Positions 46,823 through 59,904 of a stretch of DNA of 62,922 bases are shown one piece after another. Position 1 is the first letter of the stretch. Each line of letters opens with the position of its first letter. Both the position numbers and the translations under genes were made by a program. The notes under the pieces are model-generated. The model was given only the letters and a program-made list of their open reading frames with translations. It was not told the DNA's origin and did not search any database. The stretch lies in assembly GCF_004010195.1 (NCBI RefSeq), contig NC_057720.1, positions 14,412,381-14,475,302 on the forward strand, read 5' to 3'. The DNA is from Chiloscyllium plagiosum. Taxonomy: Eukaryota.

Positions 46823-48185
46823 CCATTTCTAGTGTAATACTGTTTAATAAGGGAGAGAGGGAGAAGATGGGAAATTACAGGCCAGTTAGCCTGACCTCGG
46901 TTGTTGGTAAGATTTTACAAGCAATATTAAGCCTAAATAATTATGGCATGGTAAAAATAGGGCTGAGTCAGCATGACTTCATCAAAGGGAGGTCACATCT
47001 GACAAATGTGCTAGAATTCTTTGAGAGGGTGATGAGTAAGTTAGACAAAGGAGAGTCAGTGGACATGATGCTTTGGATTTCCTAAAGACATTTGAAGGTG
47101 CTGCACAGGAGACTGCTAAATAAGATGACAGTCCCTGGTGTTAATAGCAAGTTATGCACATAGGTGGAGGATTGGCTGATTAGTGGAAGGCAGAGAGTTA
47201 TGATAAGGGTGTCTTTATCACGATGGTAGCCCATGACTATTGGCTTTCCACAGGGATCCGTGTTGGAACCACATGTACTTACATGATACATTAATGATCA
47301 GGACAAAGAAACTGCCAAGTTTACAAACGACAAAAAGATAGTGGAGGGACAGGCAGTGCTGAAGAAGTGGCGAGCTTGCAGAAGGACTTGGACCGGCTAG
47401 GAGAGTCAGCAAAGTAGTGGCAGGTAGAATTCAGTGTGAAAACGTGTGAGACAATGCATTTTGGAAGGAAGAATAGAGGTGTGGACCATTTTCTAAACAG
47501 GGAAATGCTTCAGATATCTGAAACACAAAGGATCTTGGGGTCATCCTAGTTCAAGATGTTCTTAAGGTTAACATACAAGTTCAATCGACAGTTAGGAAGG
47601 CAGATGCAATGTTAGCATTCATTTCAAGAGGGTTAAAATACAAGAGCAGAAATATACCTCTGAGGCTGTGTAAAATTCTGGTCAGATTGCATTTGGAATA
47701 TTGTGAGCACTTTGGCCCTGTTTTTAAGGAAAGATGCGCTCACCTTGAAGGGGTCAAAAGCTGATTTACAAGAATGATCCTGTGGATGAAGGGCTTGCCT
47801 TATGAGGAGCGATTGAGAACTCTGGCTCTGTACTTGATGGGGTTTAGAAGGTTGAGGGGAGGACCTGATTGAAACTTACAGACTACTGAAAGATCGGGAT
47901 AGAGCGGATGTGGAGAAGAAGTTTCCACTGGTAGGAGAGTCTAGGACCAGAGAGAAATCCTTTAAAACTGAGAGGAGGAGGAATTCCTTCAGTCAAAGGG
48001 TGGTGAATCTAAGGAAGTCATTGCTGCAGAAGGCTGTGGAGGCAAAATCATTGAGTGTCTTTAAGACAGATAGATAGGGTCTTGATTAATAATAGTATCA
48101 TAGACTATAAGGAAAAGACAAGAGAACAGGGTTGAGAAACTATCAGCCATGATCAAATAATAGAGCAGACTTGATGGGCTGAATG

Positions 48186-48277
48186 TTGAGAGTGTGCGCC
48201 GGAAAGCACAGCAGGTCAGGTAGCACCCGAGGAGCAGGAGAATCGACGCTTTGGGCAAAAACCCTTCATCAGGATCA
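48186..48277 (-). mobile_element. PLE 3' end with a mutated hammerhead core
   Basis: CTGATGAAGGGTTTTTGCCCAAAGCGTC; CTGAATG on both flanks. Confidence 0.8.
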
Positions 48278-48780
48278 GGACTGAATGGCCTAATTAGACT
48301 CTTGTGGTACCAGGAGCCTTCATCTACGCATCCCCTACTGTGTGACCACCTGGCCTTATGCAGTCCCCTGGTGGGACCTGAATTGATGAGCTTGTAGCAT
48401 AATGCTCTGCTTCATTGTGCAACCCACTGAGCATTTATAGATGCATTAGGACTGAGGGAATAGTTCCCATTGAATCATTTCTCTAATTTATTTTTACAGA
48501 GATTTCAAACCATGTCCCTTTTCAACTCCACAGATGTGAGCATGTCTGTTAAATTCAAGAGCCACAATAAAATTCCAGTGAGATTTGTGTCAATTGTATT
48601 TAAGCTTAAGTAAATACCAACCATCAGCAGGTGACTTCATTACTTTACACCTTTACAGCCTAACAGTTGATACAATACATTTCTCCTGCTGTCTAGAATC
48701 AGATGGAATCCTCTTCTCCTGGAATATCTCACACCCTCACAAATTATACTTTATTTGCCAGATCTTTGCCCACTCACTGT

Positions 48781-49094
48781 GGGCGGCACATGGCACAGTG
48801 GTTAGCACTGCTGTCTCACAATGCCAGAGAGCCGGGTTCAATTCCAGCCTCAGGCAACTGTCTGTGTAGAGTTTGCACATTCTCCCCGTGTCAGCGTGGG
48901 TTTCCTCCTGGTGCTCTGATTTCCTCCCACAGTCCAAAAATGTGCAGGTTAGGTGAATTGGCCATGCTAAATTGCCCGTAGTGTTAGGTGAAGGGGTAAA
49001 TGTAGGGGAATAGGTCTGGGTGGGTTGCTTTTCGGAAGGTCTTGTGGACTTGTTGGGCCAAAGGGCCTGTTTCCACACTGTAAGTAATCTAATC
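48781..49094 (+). mobile_element. HE1-type SINE
   Basis: A and B boxes; tail. Confidence 0.94.
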
Positions 49095-49562
49095 ACTTAA
49101 TCGCAAAGAGGCTACAAAATAAGGATTTACAAATGTAGACATTTTCAAACTGAGGGTGGTGGGATTTCTATCCACTTTTAGACTGGTTTAATAGCAGTGT
49201 CAGTTAAAATGGGAAGTTGAGGTGTTTAGAAGAGCCAGACTTTAGAACAAGAAAATCAGGGTCTTTTATGGCAGGAAACAGGGAAATATTCTGTCTTTGG
49301 GAATGAAGAGGTATTCCTGCCAAAAGTAGGAAATCAAATTGAACCAAACTCCAACTTGTAACAAGTAAGTATTTCTTCAGTGACTTTTGTTTTGTCTGGA
49401 GCCTGTAATGCATCTCTGGAAAACCTAACATTTGTCTCTTGTGCTTGACACTAAAATACTTTTGGTGGTTAGATTAATGAATTATGCTGTCTGCTTATAT
49501 TCAATGAAGTTCAATGTTATTCACTAATAGAATCTTACCTGATGGTGCATTTGTCCAAGCAG

Positions 49563-50972
49563 GAACATAGAACATAGAATGTTACAGTGCAGTACAGGCC
49601 CTTTGACCCTCGATGTTGCACTGACCTGTGAAACCAATCTAACCTACACTATTCCATTCTCGTCCATATAACTATCTAATGACATTTTAAATGCCCTTAA
49701 AGTTGGCGAGTCTACTATTGTTGCAGGCAGTGCATTCCACGCCCCTCCTACTCTCTGAGTAAAGAAACTACCTCTGACATCTGTCCTATATCTGTCACCC
49801 CTCAATCTAAAGCTAAGTCCCCTCATGCTAGCCATCACCACCTTAGGAAAAATGTCCACCCGATCTAACCCTCTGATTATCTTATATGTCTCAGTTAAGT
49901 CACCTCTCAACCTTCTCTCTAACAAAATCAGCCTCAAGTTCCTCACGCTTTCATCATAAGATCTTCCCTCCATACCAGGCAACATCCTGGTAAATCTCCT
50001 CTGACCCCTTTCCAAAGCGGTGACCAGAATGTTCCAACTGTGGCCGCTCCAGAGTTTTGTACAGCTGTAGCATGACCTCATGGTTCTGAAACTTAATCCC
50101 TCTACCAATACAAGCTAACACACTGTATGCCTTCTTAATAACCCTATCAACCTGGTAGGCAACTTTCAAGTATCTATGAACCTGGACACCGAGATCTCTC
50201 TGCTCATCTATACTATCAAGAATCTTACAATTAGCCTAGTACTCTGCATTCCTTTTGCTCCTTCCAAAGTGAATCATGTCACACTTTTCCACATTAAATT
50301 CCACTTGCCACATCTCAGCCCAGCTCTACAGTTGATCTATGTCCCTCTGTAACCAACAACATCCTTCGTCACTATCCACAACTCGACCGACCTTAGCTTG
50401 ATCCGCAAATTTGCTAACCTTTCCTTCTATGCCCTCATCTGGGCCATTTATATAAATGACAAACAACACATTGGGTCCCCCTGGACCCAATACAGATCCT
50501 TGTGGTACTCCACTAGTAACTGAACTCCAGGATGAATATTTCCCATCAACCACTATCTTCTGTCTTCTTTCAGCTAGCCAATCTCTCATCCAAACCGCTA
50601 AATAACCCTCAATCCCATGCCTCTGCATTTTGAGCAATAGCCTACCATGGGGAACCTTATCAAATGCTTTACTGAAATCCATATACATCACATCAACTGC
50701 TTTACCCTTATCCACCTGTTTGGTCACCTTCTCAAAGAATTCAATAAGGTTTGTGAGGTAGGACCTACCCTTCACAAAACCATGTTGACTATCCCTAATC
50801 AACTTATTCATCTCTAGATGACTATAAATTCTCTTTCTTATAACCCTTTCCAACACTTTACCCTCTACTGAAGTAAGGTTTATAATTTCCCGGGTTGTCT
50901 CTACTCCCCTTCTTGAACAAGGGAACAACATTTGCTATCGTCCAGTCTTCTGGTACTATTCCTGTAGACAAT
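49563..50972 (-). mobile_element. 5'-truncated CR1 of the (CTATGTT)n-tail family
   Basis: SQHGFVKGRS, MDFSKAFDKVPH, GVPQGSVLGP, SKFAD. Confidence 0.93.
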
Positions 50973-50975
50973 GAT

Positions 50976-51997
50976 GACGGGTGACCTGGACATTGAGTGC
51001 CTTTTGGACACAGGAGTTGAATTGATGTGCCTACCCCAGAGGTATGAGACCAAGCTCCCACTTGACGCGACAGTGAGGGCAGCTTATGGAGCAGGAGCCG
51101 ACAGGATTGAAATTAAAAGGACCAAACCCATACACCTTGAATTCAGCCTCCATGAGTTAGTTACCGTGTATTTGGTAGGACCTGTAGCTTAGCTGCTCCT
51201 TGGGTAGGATATACTCACCCAGCTGAATTCCTCTTTACATTTCAGTGATGGGCAGGTAATGTGGTCCATCAGAAACCTACAAAGTGAAAAATCCCATCTG
51301 GGCTAAAAACAAGGATGGCTGTGGGTTGCTGAAAATGGAACCCATGACATTTACAAGAACATCTCCACCTTGTACCAAACAGGAACAAGGGACTTTAATA
51401 AAAACCCACAGTACCTCTAATAGCCCAGTGTGGCCCATGTGAAAGGCAAGTGGGGAGTGGATATTAACTATAGATCACTGGAAAACCGGACGGACTGTCA
51501 AGACGTTCAGCACTGACATGACATTGGGAAGCCTACCCCCTGGAGCATCAGCACAGCCAACAGAACCTCGGGCTCTGACTGAAGCCTGCAGGACAGCAGC
51601 GGATCAGTCTGCCAACTTTTACATAGAGCCTCGCTGTGCTGCAGACTGATCCACTGCTGTCCTGCAGGCTTCAGTCAGAGCCCTAGCTTATTGTCTAATT
51701 GAGGCTCTACGTTCTGTTTCCTCACAGGTACTGGCTGCCTGGAAAGTCCCCCCGGTGGGAGGTAATGACACCGTCCCAGCCGAGTGGGTTCTTGTGAAAA
51801 ACAGCCAGAAGGAACCCGGAGGTCCGAAGTGGGAAGGACTATACCAGATGCTGATCACCCAGTCGGCTGTCAAGGTCAGAGGAAAGGAGACCTGGATTCA
51901 TGCCTCCCACATCAAAGCAGGTATCTCACAACACAGCAGGACCAGGAACTGACTGATCACCATGATGTTTGTTATTGTTATTCTAATTGTGCATGTT
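50976..51997 (+). mobile_element. Heavily deleted class I (gamma/epsilon-like) endogenous retrovirus pol remnant, with a possible env start
   Basis: Protease CLLDTG..LLG*DIL; RT NSPVWP; RNase H SAQ..ALTEAC; IN C-terminus WVLVK..PKWEGLYQ..SAVKVRGKETWIHASHIK. Confidence 0.85.
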
Positions 51998-52195
51998 TTC
52001 TGGATGTAGGTTGCTCACTGAGCTTGAAGGTTCATTTTCAGATGATTTGTCACCATTATAGGTAACATCTTCAGTGAGCCTCCGGATGAAGCACTGCTGA
52101 TGATTCTTGCTTTCTACCTATATGTTTGGGGTTCCTTGGGATGGTGATGTCATTTTCTGTGGTGGTGTCATTTCCTGTTCTTTTTCTCAGGGGGT
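51998..52195 (-). mobile_element. PLE 3' end of the same family as 27476-28034
   Basis: Reverse complement of about 27781-27998. Confidence 0.85.
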
Positions 52196-52749
52196 GAGTG
52201 CATGAATTCTTTTTGTAAAGCATCGTTGCCAAGCTGTTAAAGTATGTAAGCTAGGATAAGAATTGTGTGATTCTCTCAAAAGGCCTCAGTAGAATCAAAA
52301 AGGGAGAAATGTGAGATATTGTGTTTTAGGTTATCTTTATTAACTCAGTCACCAGCTTGCTATACTTTGCTGCATTTTCACATCTCATCAGCCCTTGCTA
52401 CAAGCAGTATTTACCTTTGAATAAGTGTAGCAGACAGAACAATACCATCCCCATCAAGTCTATTAATCAGCCCTTACCAACCATCTCCTGGATCTGAATA
52501 AATTCCCCATTTTGTAAGTACCTGTTAAATACCTTTTAACTGGATCATTATCCATTTAAGAAACTAACCGACAAAACAGCACTTCCATGAAATTGCATGA
52601 AGGAATGAAACTCGTACCAGCCGATAAACACAGCTGCAGTAGTCAGTGTAATATTCTTTATTCTTTTATTAAGTACAGGTACAACTTCTAACCTATTTAG
52701 AGCATATAGGCCTAGTACTTTTACTCATATTTACTATTAAAAGGCAAAA

Positions 52750-53122
52750 GGGGTGACCTTATAGAGGTTTATAAAATCATGAAGGGCATGGATTGGACAA
52801 ATACACAAAGTCATTTCGCTGGGGTGGGGGAGTCCAGAACTAAATGGCAAAGATTTAGGGTGAGAGGGAAAAGATATAAAAGAGACCTTAGGAGGCACTT
52901 TTTCACACACAGGGTGATGCGTGTATGGACTGAGCTGCCAGAGGAAGTGGTGGAGGCTGGTACAATTACAACAATTAAAAAGCATCTGGATGGGTATATG
53001 AATAGGAAGGGTTTGGAGGGATATGGGCCAGGTGCTGGCAAATGGGACTACATTAGGTTGGGATATCTGGTTGGCATGGACAAGTTGGACGAAGGATCTG
53101 TTTTCGTGCTGTACATCTCTAA
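52750..53122 (+). mobile_element. CR1 3' fragment
   Basis: GDLIEVYKIM..WTELPEEVVEAG. Confidence 0.92.
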
Positions 53123-53544
53123 AAGAACTAATACTTCTTAATTATGCAAGCAAACCAGACAGAACACCCCTAATCCCATCAGAAGTAACAGCCAGCACTT
53201 GGCACACGTTTTAACCAATCCCCTGTCTCCCAGGACAGAAGTAACTTAAACCTTTGTGTATTATAGATGAAAAATGTAACACTGTAGTCATGGAATTTTA
53301 ATTTATGTAAGAACTGTATTTCGGGTTTCAATTGCCATCTCAACCCCAGTGCTGTGACTGCTGAATAAAAGAGGCTATATTCACCACTCACAGATTCCAG
53401 TCGTTATTTGAATATGATCCCACAGGAGAGACAGTAAAGCAGGAGCTAGCCACTATCAAGGTGCAATGCAGAAAGGCCACTGCTTAAAACTCTTAATCCA
53501 ATAACCGAGGAGCTGGAAACCTGACCCAATCCCTTGGGCTGAAC

Positions 53545-53770
53545 CATTCAGGCAGAAGATATAAAAGCTTAAACACCAACAGGTTCAAGACCATCTTCTT
53601 CCCCGCTGTTACTAGACTTCTGAATGGACATCTCAATTTTCAAATCTAAAGTTGGTCTTGCTTTTTGTGCACCTTCTTTGAAGCTGCAACTTTGTATTCC
53701 TTGGTCTGTTCGATCACCCTATATTCCTTGTACGGCACGATCTGCCTGCACTGCAGACAAAACAACAAAT
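53545..53770 (+). mobile_element. Rex1-like LINE 3' end
   Basis: Resembles 60170-60390 (AGGTTCAAGA..TTCTTCCCCGCTGTT..CTGAATGG). Confidence 0.6.
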
Positions 53771-54219
53771 GAATGTAGTAAATATTAATTAATTATAAAT
53801 GTAGTTTGTAATATATATAGTGTTGGAAGACACTTGTTTGTACCTTATATAATGTCAACTTTGAGCAGTCATTAATCTATTTCTATTTTATGAAAAAGAA
53901 ATTTGGCAATTTACCCCTCCCCAAGGGATATCTCGCACATGGCTCCACTTGCTCAAGGGAAATGGGGACTTTCTCTTCCTGACTTGTTGTCAATTCTGTT
54001 GATATTTAAATCCCCAAATCCCATCATTACCCAACTCCGTCTAGAAGAAACCCAAACCAACTCACACCCGCAGAGTAAAATTCAGCCAACTGGTACTAGC
54101 AATGCAAGGAAACCTAAAACTAAACCAAGGAGAGGGAGAGAGAGGTGCAATTGATTCAGGGTAAGAAAAGAAAATGGTAGTCAACAAAATTATGAGGCAA
54201 AATTTAGTGGTTTCCACTA

Positions 54220-57200
54220 CAGAACATAGAACATAGAACATCACAGCGTAATACAGGCCCTTCGGCCCTCGATGTTGCACCAACCTGAAGCCCATCCATC
54301 CAACACTATTTCATTCTCATCCATATGCCTATCCAATGACCATTTAAATGCCCTTAAACTTGGTGAATCTATTACTGTTGCAGGCAGTGCGTTCCACGCC
54401 CCTACCACTCTCTGAATAAAGAAACTACCCCTGACATCTATCCTATATCTATCACTCGTCAATTTAAAGCTATGCCCCCTTGTGCTAGCTATCACCATCT
54501 GAAGAAAAAGACTCTCACTGTCCATCCTATCTAACCCTCTGATTATCTTATATATTTCAATTAAGTCACCTTTCAACCTTCTTCTCTCTAACGAAAACAG
54601 CCTCAAGTCCCTTAGCCTTTCCTTGTAAGACCTTCACTCCATGCCAGGCAACATCCTAGTAAATCTATTCTGAACCCTTTCCAAAGCTGCCACTTTCTTC
54701 CTATAATGCAGTGACCAGAACTCTATGCAATACTCCAAGTGCGGTCACACCAGAGTTTTGACCAGCTGCAGCAAGACCTCATGGTTCTGAAACTCAATCC
54801 CCCTACCAATAAAAGCTAACACACTGTGTGCCTTCTTAACAACCCTATCAACCTGGGTGGCAACTTTCAAGGATTTATGTACATGGACACCGAGATCTCT
54901 GTGCTCATCTACACTACCAGGAATCTTACCATTAGCCCAGTACTCTGCATTCCTTTTGCTCCTTCCAAAGTGAATTACCTCACACTTTTCATATTAAATT
55001 CCATTTGCCACCTCACAGCCCAGCTCTGCAGCTGATCTATGGCCCTCTGTAACCTATAACATCCTTCGTTACTGTTCACCAACCTGAGTATCATCCGCAA
55101 ATTTACTAACCCATCCTTCTATGCCATCATCCAGGTCATTTATAGAAATGACAAACAGCAGTGCTCCCAAAACAGATCCTTGCGGTACACCACTAGTGAC
55201 TGAGCTCCAGGATGAATATTTCCCATCAACCAGCACCCTCTGTCTTCTAATAGCTAGCCAATTTCTGATCCAAACCACTAAATCACCCTCAATCCCATGC
55301 CTCTGTATTTTGTGCAATACCCTACCGTGGGGAACCTTATCAAACACCTTACTGAAATCCATATAGGCCACATCAACTGCTTTACCCTCATCCACCTATT
55401 TGGTCTCCTTCTCAAAGAACTCAACAACCTACCCTTCACAAAACTGTGTTGACTATCCCTAAACAACTTATTCATTTCTAGATGATTATAAATCTATTTC
55501 TTATAACCCTTTGCAACACTTTACCCACAACCAAAGTAAGGCTCACGGGTTTATAATTTCCAGGGTTGTCTCTACTCCCCGTCTTGAACAAGGGAACAAC
55601 ATTTGTTCTCCTCCAGTCTTCTGCCACTATTCCTGTAGACAATGACAACATAAAGATCAAAGCCAAAGGCTCAGCAATCTCCTCACTGGCTTCCCAGAGA
55701 TTCCTAGGATAAATCCCATCCGGCCCAGAGGACTTAACTATTTTTACACTTTCCTGAATTGCTAACACCTCCTTTATGCACCTCAATCCCATCTCGTCTA
55801 GTAGCCTGTATCTCAGTATTCTCCTTGACAACATTGTTTTTTCTTGTGTAAATACTGACAAAAAGTACTCATTTAGCGCATCCCACCTCGTCTGATTCCA
55901 TTCACAACTTCCCACTACTGTCCTTGATTGGCCCTAATCTTACTCTAGAATCCCATCCGGCCCAGAGGACTTAACTATTTTTACACTTTCCTGAATTGCT
56001 AACACCTCCTTTATGCACCTCAATCCCATCTCATCTAGTAGCCTGTAGTCATTCTTTTATTCCTGACATACCTATACAAACCTTTCGGGTTTTCCTTGAT
56101 CCAATATGCCAATGGCATCTCATGTCCCCTCTTGGCTCTTCTTAGCTCTCCCTTTAGGTATTTCCTGGCTAAAGTGTAACTCTAAAGCACCCTAACTGAG
56201 CCATTACATCTCATCCTAACATAAGCTTTCTTCTTCCTCTTGACAAGAGATTCAGCTTCCTGAGTAAACCACGGCTCCCGCGCTTGACAACTTCCTCCCT
56301 GCCTGACAGGTACATACTTACCAAGGACCCGCAGTAGTTGATCCTTGAATAAGCTCCACATTTCAATTGTACCTAACCCCTGCAGTTTCCTTCCCCATCC
56401 TATGCATCCTAAATCTTGCCTAATCCATAGCCTTTCCCCTAGCTATAACTCTTGCCCTGCGGTATATAGCTATCCCTTTCCATCACTAAAGTAAACATAA
56501 CTGAATTGTGTTCACTATCACCAAAGTCCTCAGCTACCTCCAAATCTAACACCTGGCTGGGTTTGTTACCCAGTACAAAATCCAATTATGGTAGAATATA
56601 GAACATAGAACAATACAGCACAGAACAGGCCCTTTAGCCCACGATGTTGTGCCGAACATTTGTCCTAGCTTAAGCACCTATCCATGTACCTATCCAATTG
56701 CCACTTAAAGTTCGCCAATGATTCTGACAAATCATTGGTGTTGCCACTTTTTGGCCTGTCTACATACTGTGTCAGAAAACCCTCCTGCACACATTGGACA
56801 CAAACCGACCCATCTAAAGTACTTGAGCGATAGTATTCCCAGTTAATATTTGGAAAGTTAAAGCCCCCATAACAATTACCCTGTCACTCTCGATCCTATC
56901 GAGGATCATCTCTGCTATCCTATCCTCTACATCCCTGGAACTATTTGGAGGCCTATAGAAAACCCCCAACAGGGTAACCTTTCCTTTCCTGTTTCTAATC
57001 TCAGCCCATACTACCTCAGTAATCGAGTCCTCAAATGTCTGTTCCGTAACAGTAATACAGTCCTTGGCTAACACTGCCACACCCACCCACCCACACCCCT
57101 CCCTTACCATTTTCTCTGTTCTTACTAAAACAGCTGCTCGACCCATGTCTCTGAAATGGCCACAACATCGAAATCCCAGGTACCAAGCTATGCTGCAAGT

Positions 57201-58258
57201 TCACCCACCTTATTCCAGATGCTCCTGGCATTGAAGTAGATACACTTCAAACCAGCTTCTTGCCTGCCGGTGCCTTCTTGCGATCTTGAAACCTTATTTC
57301 TGACCTCACTACTTTGAACCTCCTGTATATTCTGTTATGGACTAAGCCAGACCACTCAAAACATTCTGAAGTAGACAGCCCAGACCATAACTTTGCAATT
57401 TGTTTTGTTAAGTGTACAGTGAAAATTAGCCGGAGTAGGTTAGCTCATTTTAAAACAGACAAAAATTTATTCACAAAATTACACAATGAACCACAAAGAA
57501 CAGAATAAAGAATCCCTACAGAACTCAGTCTTTCCAACTAGACTTAGTTATGCTGTTCCAAATATACACAATGGTCCCAATTAGCAAACCCCCTTAAACA
57601 ACAGTAAAAATGGAACAAATGCTTACAGGTTGAAGTTAGAAGGGCAGATGGAGAGAGAGAGTTTACCAGCCTGTTTCCACACAGCTGAACTCCAAACTAG
57701 CTCTGGACTGAATTCCTCAGCTGACCACTCCCCTTTCATTTTACAGGTCACTTCTAAAACATGACCACTTTGGCCTGAAGTCTCATCTGTTTATATATAA
57801 TCAAAAGGCCTCTCAAAATCCTTTTCATCTCTGTACCAAACTAGTCACCTCAGAGCCAGGAGCTGTTTATGACCCCTCTGAAAAAAAAAATCAAGCCACT
57901 CCCCTTTCATTTTACAGGTCACTTCTAAAACATGACCACTTTGGCCTGAAGTCTCATCTGTTTACATATAATCAAAAGGCCTCTCAAAATCCTTTTCATC
58001 TCTGTACCAAACTAGTCACCTCGGAGCCAGGAGCTGTTTATGACCCCTCTGAAAAAAAAAAATCAAGGACACAGAATCCTTGAGAAAAGGAACATCTTTT
58101 AGTAAAAAGGGACCAGCTTTGTGACAACTCAAACTACAATTTAGGTTTCCATCTCCCTACTGAATTAGTTTAAACCCACCCGAGAGCATTAGCAAATTCC
58201 CCCACCCCACCTCCCGGATATCGGCACTCCTCAGGTTCAGTTAAAGACCATCCTGTTG
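54220..58258 (-). mobile_element. Long CR1 of the (CTATGTT)n-tail family: ORF1 end plus the whole of ORF2, disrupted
   Basis: FYRPPNS, SSGPDGIYPR, NYKPVSLT, DFSKVFDKVPH, SKFADDT; interrupted at about 56587-56740 and at 57333-58126. Confidence 0.92.
57333..58126 (-). mobile_element. Solo LTR related to the Gmr1-like LTR, with an internal 171-bp tandem duplication
   Basis: TGTTATGGAC..TGTGACA termini; the start is the reverse complement of the GTCCATAACA end at 43013; TSD ATTC/ACTC. Confidence 0.85.
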
Positions 58259-58706
58259 GCACGGAAAGATGCAGGTGAGGAAATTGCACCTAGTATATTT
58301 TTCCAATCTCCCCAGATTTAAAAATTCATTTGGATGGATAGAATCTTTTTCCACTGCACAGAACAATGGGGCAGAGACTTTAAATTAACAGCATTGGGGA
58401 TCTACCTACAACAATGGACTACAGCAGTCAAGAGGCAGTTTACCACCACCTTTTCAAGAGCATTTAGGAATGGCTACTCAGCAGACAGACCCACACCTGA
58501 GAAATTCAGGAGTGAAATCAGGAAGCATTTTTCCTATCAAGGGTGGTAGAAAGGCCCGCTTCTGAGTATGGGATTGTAACATCTGATTAATTACAGTGAT
58601 ACAGACTCCTGCTGTCTGCTTATCTCCATAATTGTGGAATGCAGCCCAGTTGAAAGGCTGCACACTCAACCAGGATGCCCATATGTGTGCAAGGTTACCA
58701 CCACTT

Positions 58707-59238
58707 AGAGTCATAGAGTCATAGAGATGTACAGCATGGAAACGACCCTTTGGTCCAACCTGTCCATGCCGACCAGATATCTCAATCCAATCTAGTCCCA
58801 TTTGCCAGCACCCAGCCCATATCCCTCCAAACCCTTCCTATTCATATACCCATCCAAATGCCTTTTAAATGTTGCAATTGTACCAGCATCCACCACTTCC
58901 TCTGACAGCTCATTCCATACACATACCATCATCTGCGTGAAAACGTTGCCCCTTAAATCTCTTTCATATCTTTCCCCTCTCACCCTAAACCTAAGCCCTC
59001 CAGTTCTGGACTCCCCGATCCCAGGGAAAAGCCTTTGTCTATTTATCCTATCTATGCCCCTCATAATTTTGTAAACCTCTATACGGTCAGCCCTCAGCCT
59101 CCAACGCTCCAGTGAAAACAGCCCTAGCCTGTTCAGCCTCTCCCTATAGCTCAAATCCCCCAACCCTGGCAACATCCTTGTAAATCTTTTCTGAACCCTT
59201 TCAAGTTTCACAGAATCTTTCCGATAGGAAGGAGACCA
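58707..59238 (-). mobile_element. CR1 (HER1-like) 3' fragment
   Basis: LERVQKRFTRMLPG..; (CTATGACT)n tail. Confidence 0.93.
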
Positions 59239-59269
59239 CTTAGAGCCAGGCTGCACATCTTGAACAAAC

Positions 59270-59675
59270 ACTAACAACAGCAGATGCTGGAAATCTGAAA
59301 CAAAAAGGATATTGCTGGAGAACCTCAACAACTCAGGCAGCACCTGTGGAGAGAAAACAGAATCAATGCTTCAGGACAAGTGACTCTTCTTCAGAACTGT
59401 TGTAGCTAGGAAAAGGTGGGCAGAAAAAGGGATGGATAATGGTGAAACAGGGAGAAGGAAAAGTTGTTAATGGAGTCCATCAGTAGGTGAAAATGGGATG
59501 GCTGTGATGAAAGCAGTTGATGAAAGGTGTGGTGGGAGGTATGGGCCCCAGTTATGCCTGTCTCTTTGTGGGGTTTATTGAACATTCTTTGTTCCAATCT
59601 TACTTGGGTCCCTCCCCAAAACACTTTCTCCAGTACATCAATGACAGCATCAATGCTTCTTCCCTCTCTCATCAC
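59270..59675. mobile_element. Old PLE: minus-strand 3' end plus an inverted RT fragment
   Basis: Plus strand MGPSYACLFVGFIEHSLFQ..FLQYIND; decayed hammerhead at about 59362-59397. Confidence 0.75.
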
Positions 59676-59904
59676 AGTAGGTATGTGGCTGATCCAGGTC
59701 AGTTTCTGGTCAACAGTATTCCCAGGACGTTGATAATGGAAAAGTCATTGAACATTAAAGGGCAATGTTAGATTTTCTCTTTTGGAGGCAGTCATCACCT
59801 GAAACGTGTGTGATGTGAATCTTACTCACCACTTCACAGCCCAAGCCTGGATATTGTCCAGTTCTTGCTCATAAAGTCATGGACTGCTTCATTATCTGTT
59901 AATC

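Larger units (their letters stand above)
46300..48305 (+). mobile_element. Old CR1 of another family (RT to 3' end) with three PLE insertions
   Basis: GNYRPVSLTSVVGKIL, SQHDFIKGRSHLTNVLEFF, PQGSVL. Confidence 0.85.

Noticed and set aside
53903..54000. GKWGLSLPDL, resembling the L1/Tx1 GGLxLPD motif
   Set aside because: A single weak motif without flanking support
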